Positions 1 through 11,849 of a DNA stretch of 64,000 nt are shown in pieces. How positions within the stretch are numbered: position 1 is the first letter of the stretch; each line of letters begins with the position of its first letter. The position numbers were made by a program, and so were the translations under genes. The stretch is from Diplonema japonicum (taxonomy: Eukaryota > Protista > Euglenozoa: Diplonemea), in contig OZ025712.1 in assembly GCA_964019335.1 (NCBI GenBank), positions 124,001-188,000 on the forward strand, written 5' to 3'. The notes beneath the pieces were generated by a model. The model had not been told where the DNA came from. It saw nothing but the letters and a program-made list of their open reading frames with translations, and did no database searches.

Positions 1-1366
1 AGTTTTTCGGCACACTGTGCATGTGGCTCTCATTAATAACTTGCAGAGATATTGGGCTGAATTTTTCAGATAACTTTGTTTCTATAGTGCATTGCACAGG
101 CCCCGCCATGTTAAGTAGTATTTGTGTAGCCCTCCTCATTCAGCTGTTTTTTTTCTCTTTTTTTTTTCCCTCAGAGGGAAGCAAAGAACAAAAAGGGGGG
201 GGGGGGGATATATATAAATATAAGAATTAGCTTATTAAATACCATGCATACTTATGGGTATTTTCTTTTTTTTTTGTTTTGTTTTTTTTCTGTTCCCCCA
301 TCGGGAAAAAAAAAAAAAAAAGTAAAAGAGGAGGGGTGAGAAGAAAGAAAGAAAATAGGACATAGGAGCCACCAATTGTTATGGCGGCTCTTCCCTACCT
401 CACCCACCCACCCACCCACCGATTTCTCGTGTTATTTTTTTTTTTTTTTTTTTCCCTCTTCAGAATTCATTTTCTTCTCTTTCCTTATCTTTTTTTTTCC
501 CCTTTCCCCCCCCCCTTTTTTTTCAATACTCGGTTCACCTTTTTTTTTGTCTGGCATCCGCCACACATGTTGCAACAGTACTCTGGAGAAGAAGGAGAAA
601 AGAAAAAAGAGAAAAACACTCTGAAAAAGCTAGCCATATGAGGTGAAACAAACTACCCCCCCCCCCCCCCCCCCCTGGTAACATACCGTCGAGCACAAGA
701 CTTTTTTTTTGGAAAAAAGAAAGAAGATTAAAAGAGGCGGGGGGAAAGAAAAGGTGAGAATGTTAATGCTAATTTACCCCCCCCCCCCGTTCTCTATGTA
801 ATTATATTTTTTTTTTCCCTTTTCTCGCCCATACACAAATAAGAAAGTCACCCATTACACTATGATGGGGATAAGAGAAAAAAAAAAAAAACCTAGAATA
901 TCCTGTCATCATAGCCAGAGCAATTTTGGTCTTTTTTTTTCTTCCTTTTTTTTATTTTATCCATGCGACCAAAAAAAAAAAAAAAAAAAAAAAACTCAAA
1001 GTGCAGGACAAAAAAAAAAAAAAAAAAAAAAAAAGGCGACTTTTAACGGGGGGAAGAGGTTAAAGAAAGACCACTTTTCAGAAAACAGAGATCGCCCGTT
1101 GTGCACTCCAGCAACCCTGGAACTTCCCACAAAAGTCTCTTTTTTTTTTTTTTTTTTTTTTTTTTGCCCGGGCTCTGATGTGGTTGCAAAAAGTCCTAAG
1201 AACTGCGTGTGTCCTTGCCAATATCAAACAAGAAAACTATTGCAAACTCTAGGCAAGGGGGATAGTGCCGGATAGTGCCCCCCCCCCCCCCTTTTTTTTA
1301 TATCCCCCCCTCTTCATTTTATTTTTGAAAAAAAAAAAAAAAAAATAACCCCAGCAAAATAAAAAA

Positions 1367-2509
1367 TCATCTTGTATAGGCTGGTAACGCGGCGATCTGT
1401 TTTCGGACAAAAGCGAGCTCCTCCTGGTAGCTTTGGCTGGGAGCCTCGCCGGGGGTGCAGGTTTCAGATGGGTCGGAAAAGAAATTGAGAAGCTTGTCCT
1501 TATTCATGGACAGAATTAGCTTGACTTCGTCCGTCTTGTTCGGGTTGCCGACAAACAACTTGAAAACATGGAAAGCTTCGAATTTAATATGTGCGGAGGT
1601 GTCACGGAGCAGGATCATAACCGCCTTGAGGTGCTGCGTCGATTGCGTCACCTTTGTCATAACACCAAAGTTCGATTTTCGAAGCAGCAGCTCACCGAGA
1701 ATTTTCAACGATTGTCGACGTGTCACATAATTCTGCTGAGGTTGCAACAGCTTCAAATACTGACCGAAAAACGGGGTGTAGTGAGCTGTCATATATTCCT
1801 CTGCAATAACCGGGTGTTTTGTCAACGCCTCCTTGAACGTCCAAAACGCATCGCTAGCAACTTCAAAATCTACCACATTGACGTACCTGAAGAATCTACG
1901 GAACAAAGAGCTTTCAAAAAACGCGGGTGTGATCTCTGTGTCTTTAGGGTGGTTGAGAAGTTTTCTGAGAATCGACTCGTGCCTTATCGCCTGTCTCAAG
2001 ATATTCCCGCTGTTTAAGGCTACCGCGCCAAAATTACACCATTCGTAAGCTTCGCAGAGTTGTTGTAAAAGATCGTGGTTGAAGGTCTCCACACCTTTTG
2101 TAGAGTTAGACAGAACGTCTATTAAAACGGCTTCTGTGTCTTTTCTGCACTCGAAGGCTTGAGACCTCAACGAAATGACTAGCATAGCCATTAGTCTGTT
2201 GTCCGATTTTGGGCATACTAGAGTCACCGTTGGCTCGTTGTCAGGTTGGTTAACTATCATCTCCCGAAGGCCGCCCTTGATTTCGGTTTTATCACCCACT
2301 AGCATCTTCCTCACAATGCTTAGGTCCCGTGCTACGTTGCCGCTTGCTTTTTCGTACTCGGGGCCTTCACCTACGCACAGGAGCACGCGGATGTTGTTTC
2401 TGAGTCCCGATACGAGTTCTTGGCAAGCTTTCTCGCATACTGGTAGTTCTTCCGGACAGCATCCTCCCTTTTGCTGCGAACCTTTCGGTGTTGTTGCTGT
2501 TGTTGCCAT
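1367..2509 (-). CDS. MO25: MO25/CAB39-family scaffold protein (380 aa)
   Basis: Motifs FEVASDAFWTFKEALTKH, NYVTRRQSLKILGELLL and IKFEAFHVFKLFVGNPNK are diagnostic of Mo25; single exon. Confidence 0.93.
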   Translation of the reverse strand: MATTATTPKGSQQKGGCCPEELPVCEKACQELVSGLRNNIRVLLCVGEGPEYEKASGNVARDLSIVRKMLVGDKTEIKGGLREMIVNQPDNEPTVTLVCPKSDNRLMAMLVISLRSQAFECRKDTEAVLIDVLSNSTKGVETFNHDLLQQLCEAYEWCNFGAVALNSGNILRQAIRHESILRKLLNHPKDTEITPAFFESSLFRRFFRYVNVVDFEVASDAFWTFKEALTKHPVIAEEYMTAHYTPFFGQYLKLLQPQQNYVTRRQSLKILGELLLRKSNFGVMTKVTQSTQHLKAVMILLRDTSAHIKFEAFHVFKLFVGNPNKTDEVKLILSMNKDKLLNFFSDPSETCTPGEAPSQSYQEELAFVRKQIAALPAYTR

Positions 2510-3572
2510 TTTTTTTTTTTTTTTCCTTTTTTAATTACTCCCTCTCTCTCCCCTCCTCCTTTTTTTTAAATTTTTTTTGACACCGATGTAATGGGGTGGG
2601 GGGGGGGTTACGATTATAAAGAGAGAGAAAGTAAAAAAAAAAATAAAAAAAAGTGGGGGAAGTGGCGAGCAAATAAAAAAAAAAGAAAACCAGTGTGTTT
2701 TTTGGAAAGGGATAATAGTTGGGATAAAAATCTAGTAAAAAAAAAAAGGGGGAGGAAAAAAAAAAAGAAAAAAAAAAAACAGGCAGGGCGTGGGGAGGGT
2801 GGGGGGGAAAAAGGAGGAGTACAGAAGTAAAATAAAATGGTAGCGAGTTTGAGATAAAAAAAATAATAAAAGTGAGAGGGGGGAAGGGCACAAAGGGGTG
2901 GGGTAGAATTATATTAATGGAGTGGATATTAAGCAAAGGAGAAGGGGGGGAAGAGAAGAAGAAAAAAAAAAAGAAGAAATTCTACCATAAATAAAAAATC
3001 CCGTGCCATCTAAAAAAAAAAAAGTTTTCAAAAAAACAACAAAAAAAAAAAACGAGATGGGGAGTGAGGTCCACAAAGCAGTCTGCCTTCTTTTTCCTTG
3101 ACGCTGTTTCCTTTGCCATAATTTTGTGTTCCTTCTTTTTTTTTTTGTTTTGTTGGGTGTGTAAGGGAAACCAATCAGAAATTGGGAGGGGGGGGGGGGG
3201 GGGGGGGAGAAAACACAAATACAAAAAAGGGGGAATTTTTATATTTCATTCTGGCGGGGGTAAGAACCCACACATTGCCAAAAATATTGGGGGGGGGGGA
3301 CACGGGGACCCAAAAAAAAAGAGTACCTTTTGACCGTGCCAAAATGCACCAGTAACCTCAAGGGCAGTTCTTCTGATAAACCAGGTGATCGGCTAAAATA
3401 AATAACAAAACCCTATTAGTTTTGAAGTACGTGGGCACGGCAAAAGACAACAACAACAAAAAAAAAAAAGAAGAAAAGTGAGCCGTTGCGAAGTGGAGGG
3501 AAAAGAAAGAAAGAAAAAAAAAAGAAATCTAAAAAAAAAAAAAAAAAAATGTCCCCCTCCCATGTGATTTTT

Positions 3573-4623
3573 CTACATCATGCCCATCATCTGCTGCTGT
3601 TGCTGCAGCAGGCTCATATGCATCGCAGGGCTATGAGGCAACCCAGTGGTCTATATATATTAAAAAAAAAACTTTTTTTTTTTACACCCACACCTGTGCC
3701 ATCTGCGCCACGTACATCTGTTTCCTGATCTCCGACTGTGCTTGGAGAAGCTGCTGCTGCTGGATCCGCAACTGCTGCAGCTGCATGATAGCTGCCTGGC
3801 GGTCCATCTGCATAGAAAGAGGGGCAACCTGCTGCGGGCTGTTAAAAAAAAAGAAATTCTTTCCCTCCCCATTTTTTTTTTTTTTTTTTTCAACAAAAAA
3901 AAAATACCTTTGCGCACCCCTCATAACATTGTGGGTCAAAGGTGCAGATGAAAGCGGCATCCCGCATTCAACAGGAGGGGGTGTCAAGGAAGCAGTGTTG
4001 TATCCAAGCGAAGAAGCAGGCGAGCGTTGCATAGGCGAAGGCGACGCGCCTGCAGGCTCGTTTTGCTGGGGTGTTTTCAGCCCTGAAGGCACCGTGGGCA
4101 GCAGCTGTGGGGGCTGCTGGGCAGTTTGCGGGGCCTCCTCGTCGAGGGGTTCCAAAGGAGGCGGTGGTGGCTTTGACGGAGTGCTCTCGCGTTTCGTCTC
4201 CTCATTCAAGTCGAGCATCGTGATGAGCTCATCAAAAACTTCACCAGTCTCAAAGGTAGGAGTAACAGGGCCGATGACAACAGGTGGTACCACTGCTTGC
4301 TGGACCAATGCGGGTTGTCCATCACCCCTTACCCTGCCTTCGATGGGCTGCCAAGAGAGCCTTGGCTTTTCCATATCTCTGGCTTTAACGGCTGCCGGCA
4401 GCCTTGGGGGTTTTCCCCCGGATCTCAGTGACAGCTTTTTCAGCTCCAAAAGAGCTCCCTTTTCATATTTGAAAATCGCGGCCGGGTCCTTCCTGGAGAG
4501 GGAGGCGTCGCTCTTGCTGTTTTTGTTCACCCGATCCTCCGTTTTCTCCATGGCCACCTTCTTGGGTACAAACCTCACGCAGTGGCTGTTACCCTGGGGC
4601 TGCTGCCTCACTGGCCGGGGCAT
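3573..4623 (-). CDS. Low-complexity Pro/Gln-rich protein with a canonical eIF4E-binding motif (4EIP-like), 312 aa; exons 4623-3908, 3838-3694, 3650-3573
   Basis: YEKGALL fits YxxxxLphi (4447-4467). GT-AG introns 3839-3907 (69 nt) and 3651-3693 (43 nt) remove poly-K/F junk and restore an in-frame Q/M-rich C-terminus. Confidence 0.6.
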
Positions 4624-6981
4624 CTTTTTGTTTTCAATTTTTTTTTTTTTTTCCTTTTTCCTTTTTGAAACCGCCCGCTCCTGTTTTTTTTTTTTTTTTT
4701 TTTTTTTTTTTTCCCCTCCCGGAAGCTACTTTTTTTATACTTTAAAAAAAAAAAAAAAAGGGTGTGGGCTGGGATTTGGGGTGGGGGTAAAAAAAAAAAA
4801 TGATGATTTTTTTTCTTCTTCGTTCTTTTTTCTTCTTTTTTTTTAGAGAGGAAGAAAAGAAAAAAAAAAAGGGAGGGGAACAAAAAATGGAGAAAGGAAG
4901 TAAAAAAAAAAAAAAAGTTCTTTTTACGTGAGTCATGTAGGAAAGTTAAGCTTTTTGTCTTCTTGCTTTTCCCCCCTTTCCGTCTTTTGGAGCAGGAAAA
5001 AAAAAAGGGGGGTTGGGGAAATGAAAGGGGGGGGGGGGGGGGTAAAGGGGGTGGAAACCTTACGCCACACTCGGAGAAGCAGAGATCACAGGGGGGGGTG
5101 TTACTTTCCCTTATTTCCCATTTTGCTTTCCCTTTTTTTTTTGCCCTAAAGGAAAAAGGAAAGGGGGGGATTATAAGGCATACCTTCAAGGGGTTTTAAA
5201 ACACCTTCAGGGTATAGAACCTTACATTTCTTTTTTAAAAAAAAGAAGAAAGACAAACGGAACGCCACAAAAGAAGAAGGAAAAAGATTTTCTTATGGCG
5301 TGAAACGCAGTTTAGAGGGGTGTGGAAAGGCTTTCAAAAAAAAATAGCAAGGTTGACAAAGATTGAAAGCAAAGGGGGGGGGTAAAAATAATAATAATAA
5401 AAAAAACAAAGAAAGGTTACTTACTTGCCTATTTTGGTCAATTCGGTCAATTGTGGGGGGAACAAAAGCCACTTTTTCTTTGTTCTTTTCTTTTTATCCC
5501 CTTTTGTTTTTTTTTTTTTTCCCTTCTTTTCCCCTCTTCTTTTCTTTTCAATCTCAAAAAAGAGAAGAAAGAAAAGGAAGAAAAAGAAAAGGAAGAAAAA
5601 AAAAAGAAAAAAAAAACAGGGGGGGAAAAATAGAAATAAAGATAAAAAGAAGATGAGTGAGCAGTGTTCACGCGACCCACAAATAAGGGGGGAAAAAAAA
5701 ATGAAAAAAAAAAAGAAAATACTTTTTGGGTGTGGATGACAAAAAAAAAAAAAAATGAAAATGAAGAGAAATTTCTTTTTCTCTACCCTACAATTTAACA
5801 CCTTTTTTTTTTTTTTTTTTTTTTAAATTTAATTCGTCCCAAAGCTGTGCTATTTAGCGAAAGTTATGGGTTTCCTTTTTTTTTTTTTTTTTTTTTCCCC
5901 AAGATTCTTTTTTTTTTCCCCATCCTCTCCCCCCATTTTCCTTTTTTTTTTTTTTTTTAGAAGAAAAAAAAAAAAAAAAAAGGGGTTTATCCTGTTTGCC
6001 CAATGTTCTTGTCCTTACCCCTCTTTTTTTTTCTTTTTTTTTTTTCTTCGTTTCCTTCTTCTTTTCACCCCGTAGTTCGGTCAGAGGCCCCTTCCTGAAG
6101 CTTTTGCTCCCGGTTACAGAAGTTAGTTTTGAATTTTTTTTTCATCCTTTTTTGGCTCTCCTGATTAATGCAGATACACGAACAGGAGGTCTTGAGGAGG
6201 AGAAAAAGAAAACGGAAAAGTAATCAACTTCTTTACCGAGGCTTTCAGAGAAAGAGGGGGGTGAAAGAATCTTTAAAAAAGAAAAAGAAGCGGGTAGGAA
6301 TCCTAGTAGCTACGACAAAAAGGAAGAAGGGGAGGGGGGGGGGGGGGGGTTACATGTAAAGAACAAAAGTCCACAAGAAAAATTTTTTTCTTAAGATCAC
6401 GCGTTATGTGGGGGGGAGGGAAAGGTAGACAAGTATTCCAAAAAATTCATTTTTTTTTTTTACTCCATTTTTTTTTTCTTTTTAATTTTTCTTCTTTCTT
6501 TCTTAATCTTTCTTCTTCTTCTTTTTTTTTTTTTTTTTTTTTTTTTTCTCCGCACACCTGGTTCCTAAAACCGAGTGAAACCGAGAGAAGGAAAAAAAAA
6601 AAAAGAAAAGAAAAGAAAAAAAAAGGTTATTGCGTGTGGAAAAACATTTGTTTTTTTTTTTTCTCTTTTTTCCTTTTAACTTTTATTCTTCTTTTTTTTT
6701 TGAAAAAAAAAGACGGGGGTTTTTTTGCTAAATATGCTTTTGCATACTTGCCCTTTCGTGTTTCCTGTACCCCGTTTTTTTTTTTTTTTTTTTTTTCCTT
6801 CAAAACACAAAAAAAAAAGAAAAAAAAGGGGAAAAAAAAAAAAAAATGTAAGAGAGGAAGATAAAAAAAAAGGGGTGGGGGGAATGAGGTGGAGAAAACA
6901 AAAAAGGGTTACGAGGGGGTTCTGGGATATGCAGAAACAAAAGGAGAAAAAAAAAAACGAATAAACAATCGCTAAATATGC

Positions 6982-7134
6982 TTAGCACAACTTGGGCTTC
7001 CTGTGCACGGCCCTCTTCCTGTTCCAAACCTGGCCAACAAGGGCCAGGCCGTCAATGAAAGCAGTGGTGGGGTTAAGGCAGTTCAGGCAACCAAGCTCCG
7101 ATGCAGAGTAGTCATACGGGTAGGTGTGGTGCCT

Positions 7135-7171
<37 letters not shown>

Positions 7172-8874
7172 CCCAACAAAACAAACCAGTTGTGGTAACC
7201 CTCACCAAGGGCAACAAGGGTGGTAAACCAAGACTCGGTGGGGTACATAGTGGCGGTGTACGGGCGGGCACCGAAGGTGTGCGCCACAGAGTTCACGGTC
7301 CAAGTGGCGTGAAGGCACAACAACCACCTGAAAACACCGAGAAGGGCGAACCCGCCCCAGAAGGCGTCGTACTGGAAGTGGTAGTAGATAGCAGGAAGGA
7401 CGTAGCAGAAGAAGAAGTTCCACCACGGGTCGCACACGTGCTGGATCCACACAAGCGGGTCCGCAAGAAGGTCAGAACAGTCGATCTGCTTACCGGCGTC
7501 CTTGACGGCCTGCCTCTTCTTCAGCAACAACCACCCCATGTGCGAGTAGAAGAATCCCCTGGTGATGTCGTGCGGGTCGGCCTCAGTGTCGGACTTGGCG
7601 TGGTGGACACGGTGGTCCCTGCTCCAGTGGTAGATGGACCCCTGGTTGGCAATCGAGTTGAAGAACTGCAGAAGCATCCTAGCAGGGAAGTGTGCCTTGT
7701 ACGAACGGTGCGACCACAGACGGTGAGCACCAGCAGTGATCCCGATCATGCCTGTCAGGGGGTACAGGATCCATACCTCAGCCCACATCCTGTAGAACTC
7801 TGGCCTGTCCCACGACCAGTACGCACCCCAAACACCGATGATGTGGGACGACACCATGAGGACCACCATTGCCCAGTTGACATCCTTCCACTCCCACTGG
7901 CTCCTTGTGGTCTGGCTGGAGGAGTCGACCTCCTTCAGCGCCTTGAGAAGCTCGCTGGGGCAAGGGTACGTCTTCAGGATGTTCTGGGGGAGTGACACTC
8001 CGTAAGGGCAGTGCCTCAGCTCCTTCACGAGCTCGCACTCCTGCTTGTGGTTCTTGATGCCGACTGTCTCCCACGACACGCCGCCCACACCAGCAGCCTC
8101 CACCTGCCAGACGTCAGCCTTGCCGCCAGCAGCCTTGATGGCCTCCGTGAGGTACTCCTCAGGGGTCAGCTCGGCACCGAACCCGATGGCGCCCTGCCCC
8201 TTGGTCTGCTCGTAGATGGTGTTCCAGTCAGGCTTCTCGTTGTTGTCGTTCTTCGAGGCGACGAGCTCGGCGACCTCGTGGGTCAGGTTATCCGAGTCGC
8301 GGAGGTCAAGAGCCGTCTGGCTGGAGATGCAAGGGATACGAGGACGGGAGAAGGTGATGCCCTGGTTCTTCCACTCTTCTTCGACGTTTCCGTCCTGTGC
8401 CTTGGCGGCGTAGAACGCGGCCTTCACTGCCTTCGCAGCGTGGAGCCCGAACTCGGCGTCAGTGGCGGAGGCGGCGATCGCCACGGCGGAGAGCACACCG
8501 CTCCTGTCACCAGTGGTGGCAACGAACTCCTTGCTGGACTCGTCGAGGCCCTTCCCGCTGTGCTTCATGTGCACGAAGAAGTTGGCCATCTGCGAGATGG
8601 TCGACAGAGAGCCCTCCACAGCGGGCTCCTGGAGCTGCTGCTGCAGGGTGTCCGTCTCGAGGGCCTCGATCAGGTCGAACTTCTTGTGTCCCATCGCCTC
8701 GTCGGCACCCATCAGGTCGGGGTAGCACGCAGAGAGCGCCTCGCCACAAGTGTGGATGAAAGGCCTGATGATGGCGGTGTTTTCCTTGAAAGTGGTGGCA
8801 AGGTCCTGTGCCGTCTTGACACCCTTACCGCTGAAGACTGCGAGCTTCCCCGCAATGCTGTCCATGCTGGTCAT
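6982..8874 (-). CDS. Delta-9 acyl desaturase fused to N-terminal degenerate FAS-I acyltransferase (SAT)-like and ACP-like domains; exons 8874-7187, 7132-6982
   Basis: His boxes HRLWSH, HRVHH and, after removing the 54-nt intron 7133-7186, GEGYHNWHH; SDTEADPHD..RGFFYSHMGWLL. The N-terminal ~315 aa resemble AT and ACP domains. Confidence 0.88.
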
Positions 8875-9042
8875 GATGAAAAAAAAAAGTGAAAAAAAAG
8901 GTGTGTAGGGTAGATATGAAAGATAACGTCCTGAGTTGAATCATTTAATTCTTTTTTTTTTTTGAACCCCCCCCACACTGCTGGAAAGAAGAAAACAAGA
9001 AAAAAAAAGAAAAAAGAAAACTCACGTAGAAACGCAAAGAAT

Positions 9043-9519
9043 CTATTGAAGGGTGTAAGACAGCGAAACCTCTGAGAGAAAGGTGGTAAAGGGTGTCTGC
9101 AGGGAAGTCATGCGATTTGCCTCAAGGCGTGTGAGGAGCCGTCCCTCGTCCTCTCGTAGCGAGGTTGTGTGGATTCTGATGCTGCCGTAAGTACTTCGAA
9201 AGATGGCTCCAGCACAGCTAGCAGCTACCCCACTGCATAATGAGAGGAGAACCAAGGAGAGTCTGGTCTGCTGGTCAAGTTGAAGCTTTGCAGCCAAAAC
9301 TTCTTCGTCATCGGTATTGTCGTCACCGCTCGTGCTCATGAGCTCCAGCTGCGGGGCCTTCTTTTCCAATCCACACAACACTTTTAGTTTCTGTTCAGCA
9401 GTCATCATCACCCAGATGTCGCCGCAGATTTTTTTTGCGTTCTCCACCGTGAGCCAAGTAGCCTCCAACTGTTTCATGGTGGCCGCCACACGCATTTTCG
9501 ATTCCTCCTTGCTTTCCAT
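9043..9519 (-). CDS. Hypothetical protein (158 aa) with one hydrophobic segment
   Basis: Mixed-composition ORF from MESKEESK between homopolymer spacers; same strand as its neighbours. Confidence 0.6.
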   Translation of the reverse strand: MESKEESKMRVAATMKQLEATWLTVENAKKICGDIWVMMTAEQKLKVLCGLEKKAPQLELMSTSGDDNTDDEEVLAAKLQLDQQTRLSLVLLSLCSGVAASCAGAIFRSTYGSIRIHTTSLREDEGRLLTRLEANRMTSLQTPFTTFLSEVSLSYTLQ

Positions 9520-9701
9520 TGCCCGCCTTTTTCCTTTTGAAAAAAAAGGGGGGGGGGCTTGTCGAAACAAACAATAAAGAACATTTGTAATCAAAAATTT
9601 TTTTTGTATAATACATAAAAAGCTTTTTTTTTTTTTTTTTAAAATAGAAAATTGGAAAAGGGAGAGTGAGAAAAAAAGAAGAAAAAAAAAAAACGGGTGG
9701 G

Positions 9702-9733
<32 letters not shown>

Positions 9734-9927
9734 CCATTATTCTTTTTTTTCTGCGCCAGAATCTGACAATAAATGTTATAAAAATAAAAAACTAGAGAGA
9801 AATAACGGGATGGGGGGGGGGGAGAGCAGGAGTGTAAATTTGCTTCTTTTTTTTTTTTTTTTTTTTTTTTTTTCCTCTTATATTTCCCTCACTTCCCCCG
9901 GTTTGCACCAGGGGAGGGGGTACACTA

Positions 9928-10328
9928 CTATTCGCGGAAGAAGAAAAATTTCGTTGTGTCCTTGCCTGTGTCTGGGTGCGTCACGGTATTTGTGCCCTTC
10001 AGACGCCAGTCCTCACCTTCAAGGCATTCTATGAGAGTTAAAAACATCATTGACCTGCCAAGCTGATCGCAGAAGTGCTGCCCAAGGTCGGTGTGCCAGT
10101 GAGGAGGGTTCTGGATGTAAACGAATTTAGGTAGCTCCTTCTTTGGAGACACAGATGTAGTTGTGACGGCAGGGAGCCGCTGATCCAACTTGTGTACGGT
10201 TTCCTTGGTTTTTTTTTTTTTCTTTTTTTCTTTTTTTTTTTTTTTTGTTTGCAAACCTCTCTGAGCGTCGCGCCCATTAGCTTAATAACTGGGGGGTTAA
10301 AGGTACAGTTAACTACTAGGTGCGGCAT
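9928..10328 (-). CDS. Small conserved euglenozoan protein (115 aa); exons 10328-10257, 10203-9928
   Basis: A 53-nt GT-AG intron (10204-10256) joins MPHLVVNCTFNPPVIKLMGATLRE to ETVHKLDQRLP...GKDTTKFFFFRE. From memory it resembles a kinetoplastid-conserved hypothetical (FNPPVI, QHFCD, LEGE.W, GKDTTK.FF). Confidence 0.75.
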
Positions 10329-11138
10329 ATTTTTTTTTTTTTCTCTTTTTTTTTGTCGTCTGTGTCTCCTTTTGTTTTATTTATTTATTTATTTATTTTT
10401 TTTGCTCCAATGGATTTACAACTACTGGTAAATACCGTAGCGGAAAAAAAAAAAAAAAAAAAATAATAATTTAAAAAAAAAAAAAAAAAAAAAACTGATT
10501 TCGGGGGGGGGCAATAAAACAAAGGGGGATGGGAATGAAAAAAAATGGGGGAAAATGCAAAAGTGCGTAAATGGGGAATTAGGGGAAGGAGTAAGTGGAA
10601 GGGGAAAAAAAAAAAAAAAAAAAAAAAAAGAAGGAACTTAAAGAAAAAAAAGAATCAAAATTCTTTTTACATAATCGCCCCCCCTTTTTTTTTCTCTCTT
10701 TCTTCCCCACCCTCTCCATTCCATTCCTTCCCCTTTTACCAATTCTCTTTCTTTTTCTTCTGTGTGGTTTTCTTTTTTCTTTTTTCTTTTCCTCTTTTTT
10801 TTGTGTTTTTTTTTCCCCCTTCCCTCATTCCCTTCACTACGGAGGAAAAGAAAGAGGGAAAAAAAAAAACTCTGGAAAAAGAAATTTAAAAAAATAAAAA
10901 GAAAACACACATACAAAACAGAATGGAAAAAAGACAAGAGGAAAAAAAAAAGTCATAAAAGAGAAAAAAAAAGCCCCCCCAACCAAAGGCACAATTTAAG
11001 AAAAAAAAAACCCCCCCTAATTTCCTCTATTCCTCCATGGGGAAGAGGGCAAAAAAAAAAAAAAAGGGAATGTAAAACCAGATTAAAAAAAGGGAAAGTT
11101 TTTGTTTAACCAAGAGGAGGCCATTTCTTTTTTCTATT

Positions 11139-11169
<31 letters not shown>

Positions 11170-11849
11170 CCACCATCCCACTCTCAGCCGCTGCATTGAG
11201 GTGCCGACTTTGCGAAAGGGAAGAAACAAAAGAAACTGAAAAAGAGGGAGAAACAAAGGAAGAATAAATTGACAAGCTCATTTTTTTTTTTCTTTTTTCT
11301 TTTTTTTACAATACCGGCAGGAGTACCTGCACCAATATAAGTAACAAAAAGGAAACGATATATAATAGAGAAAATGTCCGCCCCCTCCCCCCTCAAATTA
11401 TTTCTTTTTATTTATTTTTCTCACGCACTTGCCTGCACATGATTCTGGTCAGAGAGTAGATGAAGAGAGATTAAAAAAAAAGAAAGGAATTTTTATTAAA
11501 CTCCTCCCCCCCCCAAAAAAAAACAGAATACCCGAGCGTGCCTCCTTCTACCTGATTTCTTACACAGAGTAACAAAGACTTCCGCGAAAATAAAAAAATA
11601 AAAAAATAAAAAACTAAGAATGGGCGGTAGGGGATAAATGAAAGTGTGTTGTGCCACAAAAAAAAAAAAAAAAAAAGCCAAAAAAGAAATGGGGAGGGTT
11701 GTACAGCACTAAAGGGAAGGAGGAGCATTTAGAGGAGGGGGAAATATACACTGCCTATGCTTCTTTTTTTTTTTTTTTTTTTTTTTCCGCTGTGATATTT
11801 TTTTTTTTTTCAAATCCTTCTCTTTTTTTTTTTTTTTCCATTTAGTCAT

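Noticed and set aside
21-6964. Many short ORFs rich in poly-Lys/Phe/Gly/Pro here and in other spacers
   Set aside because: They are translations of A/T/G/C homopolymer tracts, with no domain-like content
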